Virus record (IMG/VR): IMGVR_UViG_3300028859_000011
Coordinates: 1-64,000 of that record
DNA length: 64,000 nt
Strand: one strand, 5' to 3'
Source of the DNA: a virus
How positions within the stretch are numbered: the stretch's first letter is position 1; the number at the start of each line of letters is the position of its first letter. The notes below the pieces were generated by a model. The model ran no database searches and was not told the origin of the DNA. It saw only the letters and a list, made by a program, of their open reading frames with translations. Below, piece after piece: positions 21,429 to 31,228 of this stretch. Both the position numbers and the translations under genes were made by a program.

Positions 21429-21787
21429 AATATTTAAAAGAATTCGAAAATAGTAATTTAAAATATGAAGTAGGTGATTACGTATTAATTAAAAGTACGA
21501 TATATGGTAAAAGTACGTATGGTAATAAATTACATGCTAAATCAGAAGAATATGTACATACTCACATTGGTAAAATTGTACATATAATAACTGTAAATAC
21601 GTCTGCTTATTTAAATGATATGGGTAATCTTAAAATAGAATATGTAGATGTACCAAAAAAAATTCAATGTTTTTTTGAGAACGGAATATATCAAACGCGT
21701 GAATATGAAGATATAGAAAGATTTGCGACTCCAGAAGAAATTAAAGAATATGAATTCAAAGTATTAGTAAATAAATTTAACATATGA
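21425..21787 (+). CDS. Family A tagged SH3/KOW-like protein
   Basis: MKYLKEFEN, YEVGDYVLIK ... VNKFNI. Confidence 0.75.
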   Translation: MKYLKEFENSNLKYEVGDYVLIKSTIYGKSTYGNKLHAKSEEYVHTHIGKIVHIITVNTSAYLNDMGNLKIEYVDVPKKIQCFFENGIYQTREYEDIERFATPEEIKEYEFKVLVNKFNI

Positions 21788-22125
21788 AATATTTAAAAAA
21801 ATTTGAAAATATAAATCATTATAACGTAGGTGATTACGTATTAGTTAATTATGTTACTAAATCTACAACATTATCTAAGTTGGCTAATTTTGTAAATTCA
21901 TCGATAGGAAAAATAATGTTTATTGATGATAAAAGTTTAATTGTTCAATATAATAATATTCCAGATAAAATAAAACATTTTTTTAGTGATAAAACAGTTG
22001 GTAATAATAATATAAAAAATTCTGTATTTTTTTGGGATAAAATTAATGCTATAAAAAGATTAGCAACTGAAGAAGAGATTGAAAAATATAAATTAGATAC
22101 TATTGCAAGTAAATTTAACATATGA
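21784..22125 (+). CDS. Family A tagged SH3/KOW-like protein
   Basis: MKYLKKFEN, YNVGDYVLVN ... ASKFNI. Confidence 0.75.
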   Translation: MKYLKKFENINHYNVGDYVLVNYVTKSTTLSKLANFVNSSIGKIMFIDDKSLIVQYNNIPDKIKHFFSDKTVGNNNIKNSVFFWDKINAIKRLATEEEIEKYKLDTIASKFNI

Positions 22126-22439
22126 AACATATAAAAACATTTGAAAACTCTAAAAACACGCCTGAAGTTGGAGATTATATTTTAGCTAATTATGATTCTA
22201 TTTTTGATTCATTAAAAGATTTAGTAGATTTTATGAATAATACAATAGGAGTAGTTGCTAATATAACATCTTTTAATCCATATGTTAAATATGATAATGT
22301 TCCTATTAATTTAAAAAAATATTTCAATAGAAATGGCAGTAAAGGTATAGTGGATGTATCACTTGATCATATTCTTTATTTTTCAAAATCAAAAGAAGAA
22401 ATAGAAATGAAATTAAATAAAAATAAATTTAACATATGA
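22122..22439 (+). CDS. Family A tagged SH3/KOW-like protein
   Basis: MKHIKTFEN, PEVGDYILAN ... KNKFNI. Confidence 0.75.
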   Translation: MKHIKTFENSKNTPEVGDYILANYDSIFDSLKDLVDFMNNTIGVVANITSFNPYVKYDNVPINLKKYFNRNGSKGIVDVSLDHILYFSKSKEEIEMKLNKNKFNI

Positions 22440-22780
22440 AGTACTTAAAATTATACGAAACAAAATTAATACCTAAATATAAAGTAGGTGATTATATTCA
22501 TTTAGATATGGAACCAGATTTTAGTTATGATGATTGTTTAGGTAAGATAGTTAAAATAGATAAAAATGGATTTTTAGTAGAACCTGATGAAAAAGAAAGA
22601 GATAATACTAATTTAGCGTTTTATATTAATCATTTTAATCCGTTTCCATACTCAGTAAAATTTTACAATAAAGGATATAATATAGAAGAACGTTTAATAG
22701 ATAGATATCTAAATAAAGAAGAAATAGAATATTTTAAATATTTATTAAAAAATAAAGACTTTAGAAAATTTAATATATGA
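22436..22780 (+). CDS. Family A tagged SH3/KOW-like protein
   Basis: MKYLKLYET, YKVGDYIHLD ... FRKFNI. Confidence 0.75.
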   Translation: MKYLKLYETKLIPKYKVGDYIHLDMEPDFSYDDCLGKIVKIDKNGFLVEPDEKERDNTNLAFYINHFNPFPYSVKFYNKGYNIEERLIDRYLNKEEIEYFKYLLKNKDFRKFNI

Positions 22781-23034
22781 GTAAATTAATTAATGATATA
22801 CATAAAATGTTAGGTTATATTAGAATAATTCAACAATATAATTTTTTCTCTCAATTAGGAAACGAAGAAGATATTGATTTTTTAAAAAATAAAGTTGATA
22901 ATCTTTGTTATATAGATGATACTGATATACTTATAAAAGATTTTGAATGGTGTGCAGATATGGTAAATTCATTATATAATGAGGTCGATCCTGAATTTAA
23001 AAAGAAATTATTGAAAGAAGAGCAACAAGACTAA
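22777..23034 (+). CDS. Hypothetical protein
   Basis: Last gene of the plus-strand array, followed by a hairpin at 23036-23058. Confidence 0.6.
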   Translation: MSKLINDIHKMLGYIRIIQQYNFFSQLGNEEDIDFLKNKVDNLCYIDDTDILIKDFEWCADMVNSLYNEVDPEFKKKLLKEEQQD

Positions 23035-23061
23035 AAAAGTCAGAATAAATCTGACTTTAAG

Positions 23062-23535
23062 TTATCTACCATATCTTTCACCAGGATATTTTTTATCAAT
23101 TTCTTTCCACATTTCAAAAGAACGTTTAAATAAATCAAATTTATTTTCAATAAAATCTTTAATTCCTTCATCAGATGTAATATCAATATTAAAATGATTA
23201 ATAATATTAGATGATAAATTTTCAAGAGTATTTTTTATACTCATAAAATAATAATTTTCAAGTCCGTTTAAATAATAATTTATAGTTTCAATTAATCTTT
23301 TAATATGTTCTGATTCACCATATCCATTTAATGTTTCACCCATAAGATTAATTTTTCTTTCATCATTTTTCTCTTTTTCTATATTATATGCTGGCTGTGT
23401 AATATTAGTTTTTTTTGATAATTTATCAAAATCATCATCTTTAATATTTTTTTTATGTTCACCTCCAATATTACCGCCGTATGGAAATTTAATATATTCT
23501 TTTATATATTCTCCATAGTCTACTAATTTTTTCAT
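23062..23535 (-). CDS. Hypothetical protein with Family A-like leader
   Basis: Starts MKKLVDYGEYIKE. Confidence 0.6.
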   Translation of the reverse strand: MKKLVDYGEYIKEYIKFPYGGNIGGEHKKNIKDDDFDKLSKKTNITQPAYNIEKEKNDERKINLMGETLNGYGESEHIKRLIETINYYLNGLENYYFMSIKNTLENLSSNIINHFNIDITSDEGIKDFIENKFDLFKRSFEMWKEIDKKYPGERYGR

Positions 23536-23550
23536 ATTTTTATTTTATTT

Positions 23551-23883
23551 TTATATATTAAATTTATTTGTTGATAATAATAACTTTAAATCATCAAATG
23601 TCATTATTGACCAATTATCTTTATTTCTCCATTCAGGGTTATTATATTTATCAAGTATTTCATCTAATCTACTATCTGCTTGCTCAATTGTAAAAAAGAA
23701 CGAAATATTATTAAGATTATTAATATCAAAATCATTAATATCAACTGACATCAAATGATCAGTATTGTTATATGAAATATTCATTAATATTGAATAATCT
23801 CCTTCAATTGGTTTATGTAAAACTAAGAAATATTTTTGTTTTTCTTCTTTCTTTTTAAATATATTAAATCTTTCTACTATCAT
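23551..23883 (-). CDS. Family A tagged protein
   Basis: MIVERFNIFK ... TNKFNI. Confidence 0.7.
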   Translation of the reverse strand: MIVERFNIFKKKEEKQKYFLVLHKPIEGDYSILMNISYNNTDHLMSVDINDFDINNLNNISFFFTIEQADSRLDEILDKYNNPEWRNKDNWSIMTFDDLKLLLSTNKFNI

Positions 23884-23885
23884 AA

Positions 23886-24317
23886 TTATAAATTAAATTT
23901 TTCTGCTGCTGTTATTAATGGTGGTTTATTATTTTCTATATTTAAAAATAAATACATTGCATATTGTATTGGTCCAGTATCTTGATATATTTTATGTTTT
24001 TTAATAAATTTTACTACTGTATCATATAATGATAAATCATCTTCTATTTTTTTCCATGCAGAAGCTAATGCATATTTTTTTATTTCTCTTTGCGTTTTTT
24101 TATTAATTCTATTATCATCAGTTTTCCATAAAAAAGGATATTGGTACATAAAAAATAGCATACTAAATTCATCTATAAAAGAATCTGGTACTTTAATCTC
24201 CTTAGATATTTCAATGCATAAATCATGACGTATTTTATTGTATGGTTGATTATAATCATATAAAAATTTATCAGTAACAGAATTAATTTTTTCAAATATT
24301 TTAAAATTAGTTATCAT
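23886..24317 (-). CDS. Family A tagged protein
   Basis: MITNFKIFEK ... AEKFNL. Confidence 0.7.
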   Translation of the reverse strand: MITNFKIFEKINSVTDKFLYDYNQPYNKIRHDLCIEISKEIKVPDSFIDEFSMLFFMYQYPFLWKTDDNRINKKTQREIKKYALASAWKKIEDDLSLYDTVVKFIKKHKIYQDTGPIQYAMYLFLNIENNKPPLITAAEKFNL

Positions 24318-24754
24318 ATGTTAAATTTGTTTGCTTCTCTTCTTAAATTTAGTTCTTTAATAATATCTTTTTGTTTTTCAGAAATATCACCATAAATAGT
24401 AAATGAAGAATTTCCATCAATTCTATATTCTATTTCAATATTGTTTTTTAATATTAGTGATAATACCACAAATTGATCTCTTTTATGCTGTAATGTACCC
24501 GTATATCCAATAGTACATTCATAAACTTGATCAATCACTCCTTTTATATAATCTTTATCAATTGGTAAAAATTTAGATTTACTATTATCATAACCATACC
24601 TAATATTGAATTTAACTAACGTATAAGGTTTTAATAAATTCATAATAAATTTTCTAATTTTAGTAAGACTATTATTATAATAAATCATTAAATCATTTAA
24701 TACTAATGTTGTTTCATCATCAACACTTTCAAATATTTTAAATTCTGTTATCAT
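24314..24754 (-). CDS. Family A tagged protein
   Basis: MITEFKIFES ... ANKFNI; ATTATATATAAC motif just upstream. Confidence 0.7.
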   Translation of the reverse strand: MITEFKIFESVDDETTLVLNDLMIYYNNSLTKIRKFIMNLLKPYTLVKFNIRYGYDNSKSKFLPIDKDYIKGVIDQVYECTIGYTGTLQHKRDQFVVLSLILKNNIEIEYRIDGNSSFTIYGDISEKQKDIIKELNLRREANKFNI

Positions 24755-24795
24755 AACAGTTATATATAATTATTTAAAAATAAAAATAATAATAC

Positions 24796-24869
24796 TAAAA
24801 GATTAATTTTTATAGTATTATACCTGTTATATAATATAAATTTAGTATATTTGTAATATATAATATTTT
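24796..24869. repeat. Imperfect promoter-region duplication (second copy 26641-26715)
   Basis: Both copies read TAAAAGATTAATTTTT...TGTTATATAA...TTTAGTATnTTTGTAA...TAATATTTT. Confidence 0.8.
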
Positions 24870-24884
24870 AAATAAATAACTAAG

Positions 24885-25433
24885 ATGAAAGCAAAAGAAA
24901 CAATTGAAGAAAAAGTCAATAAAGCGAAAGAAAAAGAGAAATTAAAAAAGGAAATAAATAAAATAAAAGATAAAAGTAAAAAATCTAAAAAAGAAATATT
25001 AACATCAGTATCAATTTCTGATTTTACTGAAATAAAAGATAATACTACCAATATAAATGAGCAAGATTTATTACTATTAAAAATAAAAGAAAAAGAAGAT
25101 AATTTTTTATTAACATATTTTAATGAAAATATTAAACCAACAAAAGTATTCACTTATAATTATGATAAATCATTTATTGAATATAAAATTGAAGATATAA
25201 TAATTATTTCAAAAGAAAAACCAATCACTAGAAATAATATCACACCAGCACAAAATATAAAATTAGAAAAATATTTAGATAATTCTATTCTAACTATTGA
25301 AAATATATATGTTATACTAAACTATAATAAAAATATAAAATTGAAATATAGATTTATTGATATTAATAATAATATGTTTATGTCATTCGAAAAAATGAAA
25401 AAATCAGATTTTAAATTTAAAACTAAAAATTAA
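24885..25433 (+). CDS. Hypothetical protein with Lys-rich N-terminus
   Basis: Follows the TATATTTG box at 24846. Confidence 0.6.
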   Translation: MKAKETIEEKVNKAKEKEKLKKEINKIKDKSKKSKKEILTSVSISDFTEIKDNTTNINEQDLLLLKIKEKEDNFLLTYFNENIKPTKVFTYNYDKSFIEYKIEDIIIISKEKPITRNNITPAQNIKLEKYLDNSILTIENIYVILNYNKNIKLKYRFIDINNNMFMSFEKMKKSDFKFKTKN

Positions 25434-26601
25434 GATTTATTATTTTTTGATATTGAGATCTAACAGAGTTATAAGATTTTTTTAATTCTTTTGAACAAAA
25501 TTTAAATCCTTTATCATGATTAGTTATTAAAAAAAGTTTTTCTTCATCTGTCCAAGTATTTTTTCTTTTTTTAGGAATCATATGAGAACAAATATCTGAA
25601 TACCATCCATTTTTTATAGCAGATCCAGCAGCACTATGATTGTTTTTTAGAAAATCATCTTTATGAATATATTTTAATGCTTCTTCTTTACATCTATCAT
25701 AAGTCCAAAATATAGTAGATCCTCCTAATGTACTTTTTTTGTTTGTATTTAATAATATCCAATTATTGTTTTCGTATTCTGTCATATAATATTCTTCTTT
25801 TATCTGTGCATCTTTTTTATTAATATAATCAGTTAATTGTATTAATTTATATTTATTATTTGTTTTTTCAATGTGTTTATTAATTGGTCCTTTTCGAAGA
25901 TGATCCTGCTCTCTGTTTTTTATATTATATGTCAATCCAACGTATGCATAATTATCATCAAATTCAAAAACGTATATACATCGATATTCTCTGTTTCCAA
26001 TTTTAATCATATGTGAACATATATCTTTTAAATAATTATGTCTAGAAGCGTGAGCATATGCACTACCAGAATTTATTTGAAATTCACTTCTATTATTATA
26101 TTTTAAAGCTTCAACTTGGCACAAATCATATGTCCAATATATATGAGTATATTCCATATGAGAGCAAATTTCATCTAACCATTTATTTGATATAGAAGTT
26201 CTATATACACTAGCATCATATTCTCTAAAATCTGATCTTGTCAAATATTTTAACGCTATTTCTTGACATTTTTCTTTTGTCCAATAATTATTAGGCTTAT
26301 GTTTTAAAATCATATGAGAGCAAATGTCATATAAACAATTATTTTTTAAACATTTATTATATGCAGTTGAGTTATTTTTTTCAAAATCGGATAAAGAATT
26401 ATATTTTAATGCTACGTTTTTACATTTTTCATATGTCCAGTATCCAGATTTTTTGGTTTTATATTTCATATGTGAACAAACTACAGTTAAATATTTATTT
26501 TTAACACAAGCGTCATAAGCTAATTTATCTAATTTTTTAAAATCACTTCTATATTTATATTTTAATGCTATTTCTTGACATATTTCTAATGTCCATTTCA
26601 T
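25423..26601 (-). CDS. GIY-YIG homing endonuclease with five WT...ICSHM repeats
   Basis: CIYVFEF...YVGLT...R...H catalytic module; five ~45 aa repeats (four before, one after); Myb/HTH-like tail WTDEEKLFL. Confidence 0.8.
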   Translation of the reverse strand: MKWTLEICQEIALKYKYRSDFKKLDKLAYDACVKNKYLTVVCSHMKYKTKKSGYWTYEKCKNVALKYNSLSDFEKNNSTAYNKCLKNNCLYDICSHMILKHKPNNYWTKEKCQEIALKYLTRSDFREYDASVYRTSISNKWLDEICSHMEYTHIYWTYDLCQVEALKYNNRSEFQINSGSAYAHASRHNYLKDICSHMIKIGNREYRCIYVFEFDDNYAYVGLTYNIKNREQDHLRKGPINKHIEKTNNKYKLIQLTDYINKKDAQIKEEYYMTEYENNNWILLNTNKKSTLGGSTIFWTYDRCKEEALKYIHKDDFLKNNHSAAGSAIKNGWYSDICSHMIPKKRKNTWTDEEKLFLITNHDKGFKFCSKELKKSYNSVRSQYQKIINLNF

Positions 26602-26772
26602 ATTAATTATTTACTTTTATTATTATAGTTAATTTAAAGTTAAAAGATTAATTTTTTATTGCGTTATTACTTGTTATATAAAATAATTTTAGTATTTTTG
26701 TAAAATGTAATATTTTTATTAAACAATCAAATAAAAATTTTATAGTAATAATAAAATAAATAAAATATAAAT

Positions 26773-29700
26773 ATGATCGTAGCGCACTTAGGTGATAACC
26801 ACATTTTTAACGAAGAAGATAGACATCAAGAATATAGAGAAGTCTTTAGTAAAATTTACAAAGAATTAAAAAAAATAAAACCAGATAGAATTGCTCTATG
26901 TGGCGATCTGTTTGAAAGCAAATTAACGATCAGTAATGAATGTGATATATTAGCTGGAGAATTTTTAAATAATTTAGCTAATATTGCACCAGTTAAAATA
27001 GTTGTTGGAAATCATGATCTTAACGTTAAAAACCTTTCCAGAGTTGATAGTGTAGATACAATAGTTAAACTTATTAATAATCCAAATATTGAATATTTTA
27101 ATAAAAGTGGAATTTATAAAGATGGTGAAATATCATGGGTTGTTTATAATCATCCAGAAAAAAATGTAGATCCTTGGTTAAATCAAATTAAAGATGATAA
27201 TCAAATTTATATTGGACTTTATCATGATCCTATACAAAATTGTACAAATGATGAAGGTAGAGTTTTTAATGATAAAAAATTAAAATATATTAATTATTTT
27301 AAAAATAATGATTATCTTCTGCTTGCAGATATTCACAAACGTCAATTTTTCAGAAAAAATAAATCTGCTGCATATTGTGGATCAACTTTGCAAAAAAATT
27401 TCGGTGAAACAATAGAAAACCATGGTTTTTTAGTCTGGAATATTGAATCTGCAACTGAATTTACTGTAGATGAATATGACATACCAAATGATCACGCATT
27501 TATAAATTTTTATATAGATGAACCACTTGATTATGATACTCTTAATTTAGATACTCCTATCTTTAAAGATATGGAAATTAAAATTCAATGGAAAGATTAT
27601 AGTTCAAAAATGACTACAGTCAATGAAAAAAAGATAAGAGATTATATTAAGGATAAATTTAATATCACAAAAATCAAATTTGAAAAAATTTACTTATATA
27701 ATGATGTTATTTCATCTAAAATGTTAAGTGAAACTTTAGATTTAAGTGATTTACAAGTTCAAACTAATATTTTTAAAGAATATTTGGAAGAACAAAAATA
27801 TAAATCTGAAGATATTAAAGAAATATTAAAAATCGATGATATTATTAATAGTCGTTTACAATTAAGTGATACTATTAAAAATATTGTATGGAGTGTTGAT
27901 AAATTTTGGTTTAGTAATTTTAAATCATATGGTGAAGATAATGTTATAGATTGGAAAGATACAGACGGAATATATCAAATTTCGGGATTAAATAAATTCG
28001 GTAAAACTAGTATTCTTGATGCGCTAACATATATTCTTTATGGTAAAACTACTACTACAGTATCATCAATGAAATTTGGAGATAGTCGTTATATTAATAA
28101 CAAAAAATTCTTAGATTATTGTTTAGGAGGAGCGGTTATTGATGTTAATGGTAAAAAATTTGTAATTCAACGTAGAACAGAAAGGATATGGAATAAAGCC
28201 CATACAGCTTTAACAAGTTGTCCAACATCATTAGATTTTTATTCATCAGAAGAAATAACAGAAGAAAATAAATTAACAGGTGAAGTTAAAGATAAAACTC
28301 AAAAAATTTTAGATTCTATTTTATCTGAATTTTTGGACTTTATTAGAATGTCATATACAAACGCAGATAATCTTAATAATATATTATCTGAAACCAGAGC
28401 AATATTTATAGATAATGTTATACGGGATGCTGGTATGGATATTTTTGAAACTAAATTGAATGAATTTAAGGAATATAAGAAAGAATTGACTGATGAAAAA
28501 TTGGTAGTAGATATTCAAAAATCAGAATCTGATGTAGCAGTTTTAAGAAATGAAATCATTGATATAAATACTGAAATTGATGAGAATAAAGTTGAAATAT
28601 CTAAATTAGAATTAGAATTAGATAAGAAGAATATTGATAGAGATGATTTAAATAAAAAATTAAATAATATTGATGCTTCAATGCTTACATTTGATGAAGA
28701 TTTATATTTAAATTCTATTGAGAATTATGAAAATAAGATTAATGAATCAAAAGATAAAAATAAAATTTTAGAAATAGAGATTGAAAAATTACCTATTGAT
28801 TTTGATTCAACTAAACTTAATGATTATAAGAATGAGTTGAAGCAAACAAATATTAAAATTTCAGAAAAAAAGGATGAAATTTCAAAATTAAAAAATTCTT
28901 TAACAGAATCTGACAATAAGATTGATAAAGTAAATGTTAAGATTGATGAATTAAAGCAATCTGAGATAAGAAAAATTTCGGCAAAAATAAGTGATAATGA
29001 TTTACAAATTGAAATAATCAAAAATAAAAAATCAAATATTATAAATGATGAAATAAAAAAGTTAACATCAGAAATTCAAGTTTTTGAGTTAAAGGTTAGA
29101 GAAATAGATTCTGACATAAAAATTTTACAAAAAGATGGAGGTAATGCTAAAAAGGCTAATCAAGAATTGGATATAGAAATAGAAACATTTAAAAATTCTA
29201 AATCTTGTCCAAGTTGTGGTAGAGATTATGATAAAGCTGATCCAAAATATTCAGAACACTTAGCTCATTTGGAAGATAAGATTAAGAGTCTTGAAAGTAA
29301 AAAAGAGCCTAATATTTTAATAATGAATGAATTATTATTAAAGTATAAAGACTTAAAAAATGAATCTATTGATTGTAATATAAGTATTAATAACTTGAAT
29401 GATATGAAAAAGCTATTAATTCAAGGAGAATACAATAAAAATATTTTAACTAAATTACAAGAAGTTGGTAGTAGTAAAAAATTAAAGCAAGATAATATTG
29501 AATTAAATGCTTTAATAAAGGAAATAGAAAATAATAATTTTGATAATTCTGAAATATTAAATGAAAATATTGAAAAAGGTAAAAAATTAATAATTAATAT
29601 TGAGCAAGGTAAAGAAGATACATTATTAGTAATAAAAGATATTGAATCTGAGTTGAAAAATTTTAATATTGATGAAATAGAAAATAATATATCAATTGAA

Positions 29701-30504
29701 GAAATTACGAGAGAAAAATTTGAATTAAGAAAGCAAAAAATATCAAGTAAAGATAATATTAAATTAACAATTGAAAATTTTAATTTTAAAATAAAAGAAT
29801 TGAAATCTGATATTGAAAAATATCAAGCATATAAAATAAAAATTGAAGAAAATAAATTAATTCAATGTTCTATTGATGATATTGATAAAAAAATTAAGAA
29901 TTATAATGATAATATAAAAATTTTATATCAAGAAAATATTAATTTTGAAAAGAAAATACTCATTAAAGAAACTGAAATAGTTTCAATTTTAAATAAAATT
30001 AAAAAATACTTAGCTCAGAAGAAAAAGGAAGAATTATTAAAAGAATATTCAAAATGTATTGGTCGTGATGGAATTCCAAGTTTTCTTTTAAAAAAATCTA
30101 TACATTTAATAAATAGAGAATTATCAGAATTATTATCTAATGTAGATTTCACTTTATTTTTTGATGAAGAATTAGAATTGAAATTGAGTATGGATGATAG
30201 AATGGATGTAAATCAGCCTGCAATAACCAGCAGTGGTGCTGAAAGAACATTTTCTGCTCTTGCTTTAAAGATGGCATTAAGACAAATAAATGTTAAGTCA
30301 AAATCATCAATAATTTTTCTTGATGAAATTACTGGTAAATTGATAGGTGATTCTATTCAGCAGTTTATGGATTTTCTTGATGTATTAAAAACAAAAGTTG
30401 AAAAAATTGTTATTATTGAGCATGTTCATCAAATAAATTTTGATGCTTTAATTGAAGTTAAAAAAGATGAAAACTTAATTTCACATTTGGAATTACAAAA
30501 ATAA
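26773..30504 (+). CDS. Fused SbcD/Mre11 nuclease - SbcC/Rad50 ATPase (T4 gp47-gp46-like)
   Basis: HLGDNH, GDLF, GNHD, DIHKRQ phosphoesterase motifs; Walker A GLNKFGKTS, CPSC hook, signature SSGAE, Walker B IFLDE, IIEH. Confidence 0.9.
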   Translation: MIVAHLGDNHIFNEEDRHQEYREVFSKIYKELKKIKPDRIALCGDLFESKLTISNECDILAGEFLNNLANIAPVKIVVGNHDLNVKNLSRVDSVDTIVKLINNPNIEYFNKSGIYKDGEISWVVYNHPEKNVDPWLNQIKDDNQIYIGLYHDPIQNCTNDEGRVFNDKKLKYINYFKNNDYLLLADIHKRQFFRKNKSAAYCGSTLQKNFGETIENHGFLVWNIESATEFTVDEYDIPNDHAFINFYIDEPLDYDTLNLDTPIFKDMEIKIQWKDYSSKMTTVNEKKIRDYIKDKFNITKIKFEKIYLYNDVISSKMLSETLDLSDLQVQTNIFKEYLEEQKYKSEDIKEILKIDDIINSRLQLSDTIKNIVWSVDKFWFSNFKSYGEDNVIDWKDTDGIYQISGLNKFGKTSILDALTYILYGKTTTTVSSMKFGDSRYINNKKFLDYCLGGAVIDVNGKKFVIQRRTERIWNKAHTALTSCPTSLDFYSSEEITEENKLTGEVKDKTQKILDSILSEFLDFIRMSYTNADNLNNILSETRAIFIDNVIRDAGMDIFETKLNEFKEYKKELTDEKLVVDIQKSESDVAVLRNEIIDINTEIDENKVEISKLELELDKKNIDRDDLNKKLNNIDASMLTFDEDLYLNSIENYENKINESKDKNKILEIEIEKLPIDFDSTKLNDYKNELKQTNIKISEKKDEISKLKNSLTESDNKIDKVNVKIDELKQSEIRKISAKISDNDLQIEIIKNKKSNIINDEIKKLTSEIQVFELKVREIDSDIKILQKDGGNAKKANQELDIEIETFKNSKSCPSCGRDYDKADPKYSEHLAHLEDKIKSLESKKEPNILIMNELLLKYKDLKNESIDCNISINNLNDMKKLLIQGEYNKNILTKLQEVGSSKKLKQDNIELNALIKEIENNNFDNSEILNENIEKGKKLIINIEQGKEDTLLVIKDIESELKNFNIDEIENNISIEEITREKFELRKQKISSKDNIKLTIENFNFKIKELKSDIEKYQAYKIKIEENKLIQCSIDDIDKKIKNYNDNIKILYQENINFEKKILIKETEIVSILNKIKKYLAQKKKEELLKEYSKCIGRDGIPSFLLKKSIHLINRELSELLSNVDFTLFFDEELELKLSMDDRMDVNQPAITSSGAERTFSALALKMALRQINVKSKSSIIFLDEITGKLIGDSIQQFMDFLDVLKTKVEKIVIIEHVHQINFDALIEVKKDENLISHLELQK

Positions 30505-30656
30505 TTTATCTAATGCAATATTAATATCTTCATCATATCTAATTCTTATTAAACGAATATTGTTATTTTTACAATATTCGTTTTTTATATTATCATTTTT
30601 AATAAACTATTATTAAAATAATCATTATAATTATTTATAAAATAAATAGTATATAA

Positions 30657-30878
30657 ATGGGTGTTGTAAGAACTATTAAAGGTGATGATGGTAAGCCATA
30701 TATTTCATTGGAAGATTTAATTAATGAAGTTGAAGAAGCCAGAAATTTTAATTTTGAATATAAAAAAGAAGGTAAAAAATTAGATTTCTCTGATATAATA
30801 CTATCCACGTTACATAATATGGAAATAAATTATTATGAGAGATATATTTTTAGAAGAAAGGATGAGGATAAATTATGA
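30657..30878 (+). CDS. Hypothetical protein
   Basis: Clean ORF after a terminator at 30551-30583. Confidence 0.6.
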   Translation: MGVVRTIKGDDGKPYISLEDLINEVEEARNFNFEYKKEGKKLDFSDIILSTLHNMEINYYERYIFRRKDEDKL

Positions 30879-31228
30879 CGACAGGACAAACATTTAATTT
30901 AGGATTAGTATCTACTTCATATTCTAATTTTGATATATTAAATATAAAACAGAAAAATGGAAATGAAATATTAACTATAACACAGGACGGAGAAATTTAT
31001 TATAATTTTAAAGATGAAATGGTTAAAGTGGAATGTCCAAAAGATATAGTAGATGCGTTTGAATTTTCAATATTAAATTATACTGGTAAATCAATAGATG
31101 ATGTACTTATGAAAAAATGTTTTAACTATATTTCAAGTGATGAAATTTCCAATGAGCATTTATTAAAGTTTGAATCTGCTATTAGAAAAGCAAAATTAAA
31201 AAAATTAAATGATGATAAAAATAGATAG
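30875..31228 (+). CDS. Hypothetical protein with Family B tag
   Basis: Ends IRKAKLKKLNDDKNR. Confidence 0.65.
   Translation: MTTGQTFNLGLVSTSYSNFDILNIKQKNGNEILTITQDGEIYYNFKDEMVKVECPKDIVDAFEFSILNYTGKSIDDVLMKKCFNYISSDEISNEHLLKFESAIRKAKLKKLNDDKNR

Larger units (their letters stand above)
21411..22439. repeat. Conserved gene-junction direct repeats (core AAATTTAACATATGA)
   Basis: Exact 15-mer at 21414, 21773, 22111, 22425 and inverted at 24314; 21411-21451 and 21770-21810 match at 39 of 41 nt. Confidence 0.9.

Noticed and set aside
21411-22439. Junction repeats as a CRISPR array or integron attC sites
   Set aside because: Spacing is gene-sized (310-360 bp) and coding; the repeats are not palindromic and no integrase is in the window.
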